Shown in pieces: positions 1 to 7,961 of a stretch of DNA of 64,000 bases. The position numbers were made by a program, and so were the translations under genes. Position 1 is the first letter of the stretch. Each line of letters opens with the position of its first letter. Origin of the DNA: Christensenellales bacterium (GTDB lineage Bacteria > Bacillota > Clostridia > Christensenellales > DTU072); NCBI GenBank assembly GCA_050309775.1, contig JBNRMV010000005.1:86292-150291 (forward strand), given 5' to 3'. The notes beneath the pieces were generated by a model, which worked only from the letters and a program-made list of their open reading frames with translations, was not told where the DNA came from and did not search any database.

Positions 1-564
1 TAAAGCCTTTTGCAGCAATTTTATGCCTGCAATAATTTCTTCAGGGCGTTCCAGCATAAGGCGGTAGTCAGCTGTGATATAAGGCTCGCATTCTGCGCCG
101 TTTATGATAAGGGTACTGACTGGGTTGCAAGGGCTGAGCTTGACATGGGTAGGAAAAGCCGCTCCGCCCATACCCACAATGCCGGCTTCTTTGACGCGGT
201 TTATGATGTCCTTTGCGCTCGGCTCCTCAATGACCGGCAAACGCTCTTCTTCATAGCGGCCGTCATTTTTTATTATTATGTGTCTTATTTTATTGCCCAG
301 AACGCACTCTCTGAAGGCAAACCCCTCCACTTCGCCGCTGACGCTGCTGTACACATTTGCCGATACAAAACCGTTTGCTACGGCTATCAGTGTGCCAGCC
401 TTAACAAGGTCGCCCTTGTTGACCGTGGGCGTGCAGAATGCTCCGATATGCTGGCTTATCGGGATATAAACCCTCTCGCCCGGCTCCATAATTTCAAAGG
501 CAAGACCCTTAGTAAGCTCCTTGTTGGATTTCGGGTGAATGCCTTTCTTAAAAGTAGCTTTCAA
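1..564 (-). CDS. rnfC: Rnf electron-transport complex subunit C, first 188 codons (gene continues beyond window start)
   Basis: Absent from the ORF track because it runs off the window. Minus-strand translation from TTG at 564 (GGAG at 573-576) gives LKATFKKGIHPKSNKELTKG...GIVGMGGAAFPTHVKL...LIINGAECEPYITADYRLM, the conserved RnfC/RsxC N-terminal motifs. The listed + ORF 10..618 is its antisense shadow. Confidence 0.85.
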   Translation of the reverse strand, partial: MKATFKKGIHPKSNKELTKGLAFEIMEPGERVYIPISQHIGAFCTPTVNKGDLVKAGTLIAVANGFVSANVYSSVSGEVEGFAFRECVLGNKIRHIIIKNDGRYEEERLPVIEEPSAKDIINRVKEAGIVGMGGAAFPTHVKLSPCNPVSTLIINGAECEPYITADYRLMLERPEEIIAGIKLLQKAL

Positions 565-644
565 AATAAAATCTCCTTTTTTGTTGTCTTAAGCTATTAT
601 AGAACTCAAACTAAGTAAAGTAAAACAAATTTACCGGTTTTTGA

Positions 645-2126
645 TTACTTAATGCCGATATTTGCAATCTTGATTTCTTTTATGTCCGAAAGCGTAAATA
701 CATCGCTTTCGCCGTTGCTGTTTATTATGTTGCTCCACAACAGCCTTTCGCCCGTAACGACGGCTTTTTGGGCTGGCGTTATGTCGGTCTTGATTTTCAG
801 ATTTTTACCTACCAAATCAGCCGTAACGGAAAACTTGTAATAGCCGCCGCGATTGGTGTATGCCGTGCTTACAAGGCGATTGCTCTCGTACAGTTCTACT
901 TTTACGCTCTCTCTCATATTCAAAAAACTGTCGTCGCACAATCCGTTGTCGTTTTCGTCAAAGAAAGCATAGCCGCCTATGACGCCGTTGTTGAGTTTTG
1001 ACGAATATATAACATCGTCCACGGGGTCCTCCGTAAGGTTTTTGCGCATTTCATACACCGCCCCATGTTGAGCCATGACATAAATGGTCGGGGTAGACGG
1101 CGCGCCGGCATAGTTTTGATTGAAAGTGTCGTCAAAATATTTATACGGCATAGATTCGTTTGTCCAATCTATGGCTACCTGATGTTTGGGCGCAATGGCT
1201 GAAAAAAAGTCTCCGGGAATGTATGCGCTGTTTACTCTGATAAAAATTGTGTTTTCCTCAAGTTCCTTGCGGTGCTTCGCATTTACCAAAATATCCGCAT
1301 AGCCGCTGTGAATATACTCTACGGGAATGCCCATAGCGGCGTATTCTTTGCAAATCTCAATGACAAGCCCAGCGCTGCCATTCTCTCCCGTTGTTCTGTC
1401 CAGCCAGTCTATCGGCACATTGTTCGGCTCAGATGACAAGAATGGGTCAAGCATTGTGATTCTGTTGTACATATATCTGGGGTTCATTCCGCCGCCGTCA
1501 ATGGCTGTCTTTGTGTAACTTGCGATAGCCATAACAAGCTGCCCGCCCATGGAATGTCCCATCAACCTTATTTCGGGGCTTTTCATGTCATATTTTGTCA
1601 TAAATTCGTTGTAATAGGCGACGAACATCTCGGCAAGGCTGTATTGCGGTATATTAACAGTTTCGGCTGTCTTTTCGCCGTTTTCTCCCTTATAATAAAA
1701 TTTCGTTGCTTGTGAACTTCTGCCCGACCATTCTTTGCGTTCAATTGAAAACGGGTCTAAATCGTCGGCAAGCTGCGTCCAGCGGAAAATAAAACAATTG
1801 TATCCGGCGTCCTGCCAATACTGCATTCCGCTAAAGCCAATTGACATTTCATACCCGTTGCCGTCTTTCATGCCGTGAGTGGTGATAACCATAGGTTTTG
1901 TTTCGTCAATTTCAAAATCATCGTAAATCACATTTTTTGCAGTATCTCCGTCATAATAATAAAGCCCAAAACTCGTTGTCTTCAAAGCGTCATGAAGGTC
2001 CATTTCGCTGATCTTGGGTACGACGAATGGCTCCGGTTCGCATTGTTTTTTATAGCCCAACAAAGCTACTGTGGTTGCAAACGCAATGACCAACGCCAAT
2101 GCAACAATAACAATAAGTTTTTTCAT
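645..2126 (-). CDS. secreted or membrane-anchored alpha/beta-hydrolase (lipase-like) with C-terminal SdrD-B/Cna-B-like beta domain
   Basis: N-terminal hydrophobic anchor MKKLIVIVALALVIAFATTVALLG. Nucleophile elbow LMGHSMGGQL. C-terminal GGYAFFDENDNGLCDD...VKVELYESNRLVSTAYTNRGGYYKF resembles SdrD B-type repeats. AGGGAG SD 7 nt upstream. The start overlaps the tsaC stop. Confidence 0.7.
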   Translation of the reverse strand: MKKLIVIVALALVIAFATTVALLGYKKQCEPEPFVVPKISEMDLHDALKTTSFGLYYYDGDTAKNVIYDDFEIDETKPMVITTHGMKDGNGYEMSIGFSGMQYWQDAGYNCFIFRWTQLADDLDPFSIERKEWSGRSSQATKFYYKGENGEKTAETVNIPQYSLAEMFVAYYNEFMTKYDMKSPEIRLMGHSMGGQLVMAIASYTKTAIDGGGMNPRYMYNRITMLDPFLSSEPNNVPIDWLDRTTGENGSAGLVIEICKEYAAMGIPVEYIHSGYADILVNAKHRKELEENTIFIRVNSAYIPGDFFSAIAPKHQVAIDWTNESMPYKYFDDTFNQNYAGAPSTPTIYVMAQHGAVYEMRKNLTEDPVDDVIYSSKLNNGVIGGYAFFDENDNGLCDDSFLNMRESVKVELYESNRLVSTAYTNRGGYYKFSVTADLVGKNLKIKTDITPAQKAVVTGERLLWSNIINSNGESDVFTLSDIKEIKIANIGIK

Positions 2127-3100
2127 ATAACAACTCCCTGAGTAGATTTTTCCAGACGATTCATGATTGAGCGTTCCAAATCGGCATTTGAAAACTTCTC
2201 TATGATTATGAAACCATATTTTTTCTCGGCCTCTCGCATGAGTTTATAGATATTCCGCGCAAATTGCTGCGCATCAGTTCCTGCGGAAATGAAATTTATG
2301 CCGTCTTCGGCAACATATCCCTTTCTGCCGATAATGACGGGGTTCTTACCCTGCGCCGCAAGCTCTTTGTAGCCTTTCAATGCGCTTTGGGCGCTTTCGG
2401 CAAGCGCGCACTCCACCGTCGGCGCATAGTGCTTATATTTCATGCCCGGTGATGCCGCTGTCTTTATTTCGCCTTTGTGGTTTTGCACAAGCGGCAAGAC
2501 CTCCAGCAGCATTTCTTGCGTAATCCAACCCGGGCGCAATATAGTCGGAATGTCCCCCGACATGTCCAGCACCGTCGATTCTATGCCTACTTCGCATTGT
2601 CCGCCGTCAATAATCAGCGGTATTGCGCCTGCCAAATCCTCATACACATGCGCAGCTGTTGTCGGGCTTATTCTTGAAGATATATTTGCCGACGGCGCCG
2701 CCACCGGCGTATCCGCAAGGTCTATCAGCTTCCTTGCCATATCATGTTTTGGTATGCGTATGCCAACCGTCGATAGCCCCGCCGTCACTTCCTCGGGTAC
2801 TACTGCTTTCTTTTTCAGTACTATTGTCAGCGGACCCGGAGAAAATCTGTCAAACAGCCGCAACGCCGCTTCCGTAACATACGCAACCTCTGCGGCTTGA
2901 CTGCTGCGGCTAATGTGCACAATCAAAGGATTGTCCTGCGGACGCCCTTTTGCCGCAAAAATCTTTTTGATTGCGTCGGGGTTTTGGGCGTCTGCGCCCA
3001 ATCCGTAAACCGTCTCTGTCGGAAAAGCCACTATGCCGCCGCTCCTTATTATGGCGGCCGCCTCAGCTATGCCGTCCTCGCCCAGTATCCTTGTATTCAT
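2123..3100 (-). CDS. tsaC: L-threonylcarbamoyladenylate synthase (Sua5/YwlC long form)
   Basis: VAFPTETVYGLGADA and GRPQDNPLIVHI motifs, 325 aa with the Sua5 C-terminal domain, GGAGAG SD. Confidence 0.9.
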   Translation of the reverse strand: MNTRILGEDGIAEAAAIIRSGGIVAFPTETVYGLGADAQNPDAIKKIFAAKGRPQDNPLIVHISRSSQAAEVAYVTEAALRLFDRFSPGPLTIVLKKKAVVPEEVTAGLSTVGIRIPKHDMARKLIDLADTPVAAPSANISSRISPTTAAHVYEDLAGAIPLIIDGGQCEVGIESTVLDMSGDIPTILRPGWITQEMLLEVLPLVQNHKGEIKTAASPGMKYKHYAPTVECALAESAQSALKGYKELAAQGKNPVIIGRKGYVAEDGINFISAGTDAQQFARNIYKLMREAEKKYGFIIIEKFSNADLERSIMNRLEKSTQGVVI

Positions 3101-3114
3101 TTCTCTCCGTTTTT

Positions 3115-5088
3115 TTAATGTTCCAATGCAAAAATGTATCCTTTGTTGCCTTTCTCGGCGGTGACTATGCTTTTTTGAAAAAGCCCGTCTACCAAAAAAG
3201 TTTCCAAAACATCTATTGTTTCGTACTCATTCGGCAAAAGCACGGTGCCGTCATATGCTTTCAGCCCGACTTTGCCGTCGCTTTTTGTGATATATACGCC
3301 GTTGCGTACAGCCAGCACATCGTCCAGTATGGTTTCTTCGCCGTTTTTGTCAATGCGATAATAGCGGTATGCGTTGTTTACTTTGTTCATGCCAATGGCA
3401 TAATCACCATAGAACAGCGACAGTTCAAGGTATTTGAAGTGGGTTATTTGCCGTCCCTCGGAATTAAACGCGCCGTAATACATCTCGTCGCTTGATGAGC
3501 GCAAATTGTACTCCGCAACAATCAAGATGCCGTTGTTGTAAGCAATATTCACATAGCCGTATTCGCCGTATGAGTACTCCTTAAATACCGAAACTTTATT
3601 ATTTTTGTCAATAATAAGCGCATTGCCGGGAGCTATCTCATAATCGGGGTCGGCTATTTGCACTGCCTTGCCGTCAACCATTAGAAGCGGCATAAATATA
3701 TTTTCTTTCGGTTGAAACATATTACCGTTGGCGTCCATCATTAAGAAGGACACCACATACCTTTCAGGTTGGTTGTCATAAGGAAAGTAGTAATAATACA
3801 CTATGCTCATGCCGTCTTTGGGCAAAGCGCCCACAGGCATTGAGGGCGGATAATATGCAAATCTGTTGTCGGCGCCCATCTCCATCTGGTTGTTCAGATA
3901 GTCTGCTATGTCACGGGTGCTTGATTCGTTGTATTTGTTAGCTACCATATCGGGTACCAGCTTGTCGTTTGAGAGCATCAGCTTACTTTCGGCATTGTAT
4001 CTGTCGGAGCGCATAAGCAAATATTTTGTAGTCGTCTCGCCCGTCTGACTGTCAAATCTGTCAACCAGTATGAGCTTGCCTTGAATGCCGGCAAGGTCGG
4101 CTGGTTTGAGGTCGTCCGGGCTTGCTTCTATATATCCCTGTCTTAAGAACCAGTTGTTGCCCAAATAAGAAACCATTGTTGTCATCATGGTGGACAGTTC
4201 CCCGTCGGCATCTTCGGGAAAGGGTTTGTAAGTGTCGGTCAGCGCCAAATAACCCTGTCCGTCAACTATGTTCAATTTGTAGAACTCCGCCTTGTTCGAG
4301 GCATATGACACAAAATTGTCGTCAAATATTGAAAAGTTGTAACTTATGTCAGCACGCACACGAAATACTTCCAACAGCTTGTGTGTGCTTTTGTAGTCAT
4401 AAAAAGTAACGGTCGTGGCGTCAAGTTTTACTTGGTCTTTTGTGTTCAGCACGGCAATGTAGTCGCCCACAAAGCGCATTTGCCAAAATTCAGCGCCTGC
4501 GTAATCAGCTTTGAAGTCCGTTCTGTCGCCGGCATTTTCTCCGCGGAATTTTACCACGCCAATTTTGTACTCTATGTCGTCAAAGGTAGTGTCTACGCCT
4601 TGGGGGAAATAGGGTTTCACTACAATGGCATAGTCCCCTTGTATGGCAACAATGTTGCTGTATGTCGGCGGCACAAGTTCCTGCGTTCTTGATGCAAAGC
4701 CGAAAAGATATATCTCGTCGGTAATGTCGTCGGCATCGGGGTCATAGTCCGGGAGATGTTTCTTGTATTCGTCAAACAGGTTTTGGCGTGTGATTATGAC
4801 ATCGCTTCTAATGTCATAGCTTGCCACATAAACTCCGGAGCGCAAAGCCAGCGTCTGTTCGGCTCTTGCAAATGGCTTTGCCGAAGGAAATTCATTGAAA
4901 TAATTTATGAAAGCCGTCACCGGGTCGGCGGCGGTATAAGGCGCAAAGAGAATAAAAGCCGACATTAAAATCAGCGCCAACGCTATGCGCAGTGCTCTGA
5001 ATAGTGCTGTTTTGTTTATTTTTTTTATGCTCCTGGCAACGGTTTTTTTCATCAATGCTATAATAACAAATAATACTTGCTTAGTCAA
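3115..5088 (-). CDS. membrane-anchored protein with WG-type beta-propeller-like repeats, function unknown
   Basis: 657-aa ORF from TTG at 5088; ATG at 5052 (MKKTVARSIKK...LILMSAFILF signal-anchor) is an equally plausible start. The C-terminal half has recurring G.Y.I..DGK.GL...G..LLP..Y units typical of WG-containing repeats. Confidence 0.6.
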   Translation of the reverse strand: MTKQVLFVIIALMKKTVARSIKKINKTALFRALRIALALILMSAFILFAPYTAADPVTAFINYFNEFPSAKPFARAEQTLALRSGVYVASYDIRSDVIITRQNLFDEYKKHLPDYDPDADDITDEIYLFGFASRTQELVPPTYSNIVAIQGDYAIVVKPYFPQGVDTTFDDIEYKIGVVKFRGENAGDRTDFKADYAGAEFWQMRFVGDYIAVLNTKDQVKLDATTVTFYDYKSTHKLLEVFRVRADISYNFSIFDDNFVSYASNKAEFYKLNIVDGQGYLALTDTYKPFPEDADGELSTMMTTMVSYLGNNWFLRQGYIEASPDDLKPADLAGIQGKLILVDRFDSQTGETTTKYLLMRSDRYNAESKLMLSNDKLVPDMVANKYNESSTRDIADYLNNQMEMGADNRFAYYPPSMPVGALPKDGMSIVYYYYFPYDNQPERYVVSFLMMDANGNMFQPKENIFMPLLMVDGKAVQIADPDYEIAPGNALIIDKNNKVSVFKEYSYGEYGYVNIAYNNGILIVAEYNLRSSSDEMYYGAFNSEGRQITHFKYLELSLFYGDYAIGMNKVNNAYRYYRIDKNGEETILDDVLAVRNGVYITKSDGKVGLKAYDGTVLLPNEYETIDVLETFLVDGLFQKSIVTAEKGNKGYIFALEH

Positions 5089-5133
5089 TGTTATATTATA
5101 ATATAAATACTAGGAAAAGACTAAAAAGGGATA

Positions 5134-5162
5134 TTGACTTTATGTTTTCTAGAGTATATAAT
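5134..5162 (+). promoter_or_regulatory. sigma-A-type promoter for the M28 peptidase gene
   Basis: TTGACT (5134-5139), 17-nt spacer, TATAAT (5157-5162). It is followed by GGAGG (5176-5180) and TTG at 5190. Confidence 0.6.
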
Positions 5163-5189
5163 TTAAGAAAAATTTGGAGGTACGGACTC

Positions 5190-6383
5190 TTGGAAATAAA
5201 TAAAGAATTGCATCAAAAAGCTACGGATTATTCAATGTCCGCCATAAAATACATTTGCACAGAACTGCCCCCGCGTGAATCGGGAAGCCAAGGCGAGCGC
5301 CAAGCGCAGGAGTATCTGAAGTCCGAAATCATAGACAACGGCTGGGCGGATAGCGTGACAATTGAGGAGTTCCCCGTTGCGCCAAAAGCATTTATGGGGT
5401 TCAGCAAGATTCTGCCCATTCTGATACTCATCGGCATAATATTTTACGCTTTCGGCGTAGTGTGGGCGCCGCTGATAATGTGCGTAATATCGCTTGTTAT
5501 CTTTATTGCGGAATTCGGGCTTTACAAGCAATTCCTTGACCCACTTTTCAAAACCGCAACATCATCCAACCTGATTGCCGTAAAAAATCCGCAAAAAACC
5601 GCAAAAAAGAGGATAATCTTTTCCGGACATTCAGATGCGGCTTATGAGTGGACGATTTTTAATAAGTTCGGCAAAGGCATGTTTATCGGAGGGTTGGCGC
5701 TTGCAATAATCGGAGTTCTCTTGATTATGGCGCTGAGCATTGCCAGCATCGCAATAGGTTACAAGTTGTGGATGTTGATAGTAATGCTTTGTTGCTTGCC
5801 GGGCTTTGTGGCTTTGTTTTTCTTCTCAAATTTCAAAAAAGTTGTACAAGGCGCCAACGACAACCTCACAGGCACTCTTGCCGCCATATCGGTGCTTAAG
5901 TATCTGAAAGAAGCAGGCATTGAATACGAGGACACAGAAGTTATGGCGCTTATCACCGGCTCTGAGGAGGCCGGGCTGCGCGGCGCAAAGGCATTTGCTG
6001 CAGCGCACAAAGAGCAGTGCGAAGAAATTCCGACAATGTTCATTGGCTTGGAGACCTTCAGAGATTTGCCCCATATGACAAACTATGTCCGTGACCTCAG
6101 CGGTACGGTAAAACACCACCCCGAAGCCATCGCCCTCATTGACGAAGCGGCGGAAAAAGTCTTTGGCAAGCCCCTGCCGCATGGCTCGGTATTTCTCGGC
6201 GCCTCCGACTCTGCCGCCATGTCACAGGCGGGCATAAAAGCCGGCGCAATAGCCGCCATGGATCCGGCTCCTGCGGCATACTATCACACACGCAAAGACA
6301 ACTGCGACAATCTCGACCCAGAGTGTTTTTCAAAAGGTCTGGAACTGACGCTTACCGTACTTGGCCTGTACGCAAAAAAATAA
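5190..6383 (+). CDS. polytopic membrane M28-family metallopeptidase (aminopeptidase-like)
   Basis: GHSDAAYEW, ANDNLTGTLAA and GSEEAGLRGAKAF motifs plus several TM helices. The ORF track starts at 5088, but a consensus promoter and GGAGG lie inside that extension, so TTG at 5190 (in frame) is preferred. Confidence 0.75.
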   Translation: MEINKELHQKATDYSMSAIKYICTELPPRESGSQGERQAQEYLKSEIIDNGWADSVTIEEFPVAPKAFMGFSKILPILILIGIIFYAFGVVWAPLIMCVISLVIFIAEFGLYKQFLDPLFKTATSSNLIAVKNPQKTAKKRIIFSGHSDAAYEWTIFNKFGKGMFIGGLALAIIGVLLIMALSIASIAIGYKLWMLIVMLCCLPGFVALFFFSNFKKVVQGANDNLTGTLAAISVLKYLKEAGIEYEDTEVMALITGSEEAGLRGAKAFAAAHKEQCEEIPTMFIGLETFRDLPHMTNYVRDLSGTVKHHPEAIALIDEAAEKVFGKPLPHGSVFLGASDSAAMSQAGIKAGAIAAMDPAPAAYYHTRKDNCDNLDPECFSKGLELTLTVLGLYAKK

Positions 6384-7727
6384 TTATGTTCTGAGTTCTT
6401 TGGAAATTTTTTTCCTGACATATATGAACATTACGACGGCGCTGAACAGCGATGACAAAGGGATAGCATAGCCTATCCCTTTTATGCCTAACCCTAAAAG
6501 TTTGCCAAAAACAAAAGCAGCCGGCACACGCAGCAACAAGGAAGATATGGAATTTACCCACATGCTGACCTTTGTCCTGCCCAGCCCGTCCGCCAGTCCG
6601 TACTGGCTGACCGAAAACGGCAATATAATATAGTCAACTGCAAATGACTTGACATATTGTATCCCCAAATCAAGCGTTTGGGTATCAGGTTTGAATATTT
6701 TCAGTAAATTCCCGGCAAAGAAAAAAGTCACAGCGCTGAATAAGGCTCCGAACAAAATGCCTATTATCAATCCGCAGTTTCTTGTTTTCTTTATTCTGGT
6801 GACAGCGTTTGCGCCTTTGTTTTGCCCTACCATAGCCGCAATGCTGGCGTTAAGCGAACGCGAAGGCAGCACAGCAAAGGAGTTTATCTTAAAAGCCATA
6901 CTGCCGGCGGCAAGCGCCGCAACGGAATCCGCAGCCGATATATTTATAATATATGTCAGCGCCACAAACGACAGCGATGCCACAGTATTTTGAATAGATG
7001 TGGGAATACCTATCTTAAAAAGCCTTTTCAGTTTGTCCTTTTCCATTTTGAAACGGTACTTCTCCAGCCCTGCCTTCTTGCATTTCTTAATCAGATATCC
7101 TGCGCTGATAATGGCGGTCACCAGATGCGAAATGACGGTAGCAACGGCGGCGCCGGCGGCACCCATACCCAAAGCGGCAACCGCCAATATATCCAAACCG
7201 ATATTGAGAATTGCGGCTATTCCAATAAACAGCAAAGGCCGTACAGAATCGCCCAAACCTCTCAGTACTGCGCTTATGCCGTTGTATACAAAAATAAATA
7301 TCAGCCCGCTCATCGTCCAAAACAAATAATCCCTTGCCTCATTAAATGCCGCTTGGGGTGTTTTCAGCAATGTGACGATGGGCTTTGACAAAAGCAGCAT
7401 AGCCGCAGTCAATACTGCGCCGCTTATTATGAGAAAGGTTAATACAGTATTTATTGACTTGCTGACTTGCTCAAAATCCTTTGCGCCAAAATACTGACTA
7501 ATCATTATGCTGCCGCCTGCGCTTAGTCCTACAACGGCATTTATTATCAAATAATTGACTTGACTGGAAACGCCGACGCCTGCGACAATGCCTGCTCTGT
7601 CGGAGAATATTGACACTACCATAAGGTCAGTCAGATTTATAAATGCCTGTATGACCGTCGACACCAGCAAAGGCATGCTGAATGCCACAAGTTTTTTTGC
7701 AACGCTCCCCTTTGTTAAATCCTGCAT
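6384..7727 (-). CDS. MATE family efflux transporter
   Basis: About 12 TM helices. N-terminus MQDLTKGSVAKKLVAFSMPLLVSTVIQ is typical of MATE proteins. Start taken at the second Met (7727) rather than the ORF-track 7781. Confidence 0.85.
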   Translation of the reverse strand: MQDLTKGSVAKKLVAFSMPLLVSTVIQAFINLTDLMVVSIFSDRAGIVAGVGVSSQVNYLIINAVVGLSAGGSIMISQYFGAKDFEQVSKSINTVLTFLIISGAVLTAAMLLLSKPIVTLLKTPQAAFNEARDYLFWTMSGLIFIFVYNGISAVLRGLGDSVRPLLFIGIAAILNIGLDILAVAALGMGAAGAAVATVISHLVTAIISAGYLIKKCKKAGLEKYRFKMEKDKLKRLFKIGIPTSIQNTVASLSFVALTYIINISAADSVAALAAGSMAFKINSFAVLPSRSLNASIAAMVGQNKGANAVTRIKKTRNCGLIIGILFGALFSAVTFFFAGNLLKIFKPDTQTLDLGIQYVKSFAVDYIILPFSVSQYGLADGLGRTKVSMWVNSISSLLLRVPAAFVFGKLLGLGIKGIGYAIPLSSLFSAVVMFIYVRKKISKELRT

Positions 7728-7790
7728 ATTGCTAGTATGATAAAATATCGAAATACCATAACATCGCCGCTTAGAATACATTTCAAACGC

Positions 7791-7820
7791 TTGCTTTAAG
7801 CAAAAGTTTTATGCTATAAT
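7791..7820 (+). promoter_or_regulatory. promoter of tRNA-Glu
   Basis: TTGCTT (7791-7796), 18-nt spacer, extended -10 TGcTATAAT (7812-7820), located 17 nt upstream of the tRNA 5' end. Confidence 0.6.
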
Positions 7821-7837
7821 CAAACTACCAAAAAACT

Positions 7838-7912
7838 GGCCCCATGGTCAAGCGGTCAAGACTCCGCCCTCTCACGGCGGCTACAGGAGTTCGAATCTCC
7901 TTGGGGTCACCA
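7838..7912 (+). tRNA. tRNA-Glu (anticodon CUC), CCA encoded
   Basis: GGCCCCATGGTCAAGCGGTCAAGACTCCGCCCTCTCACGGCGGCTACAGGAGTTCGAATCTCCTTGGGGTCACCA folds by hand into a cloverleaf. Anticodon loop CTCTCAC, T-loop TTCGAAT. Confidence 0.95.
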
Positions 7913-7950
7913 AAAAAAGCTGTCTTTTCACAAAGACAGCTTTTTCATTT
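7912..7950. terminator. bidirectional rho-independent terminator (tRNA-Glu on +, giant gene on -)
   Basis: Perfect 12-bp stem AAAGCTGTCTTT/AAAGACAGCTTT (7916-7927 / 7932-7943) with loop TCAC. Flanked by an A-run on one side and a T-run on the other. Confidence 0.85.
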
Positions 7951-7961
7951 TTCATTGTTCT

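Noticed and set aside
10-618. 202-aa + strand ORF at the window start
   Set aside because: It is the antisense shadow of rnfC. The minus-strand translation carries unmistakable RnfC motifs, while the + strand product is Cys/Arg/Phe-rich and has no RBS.
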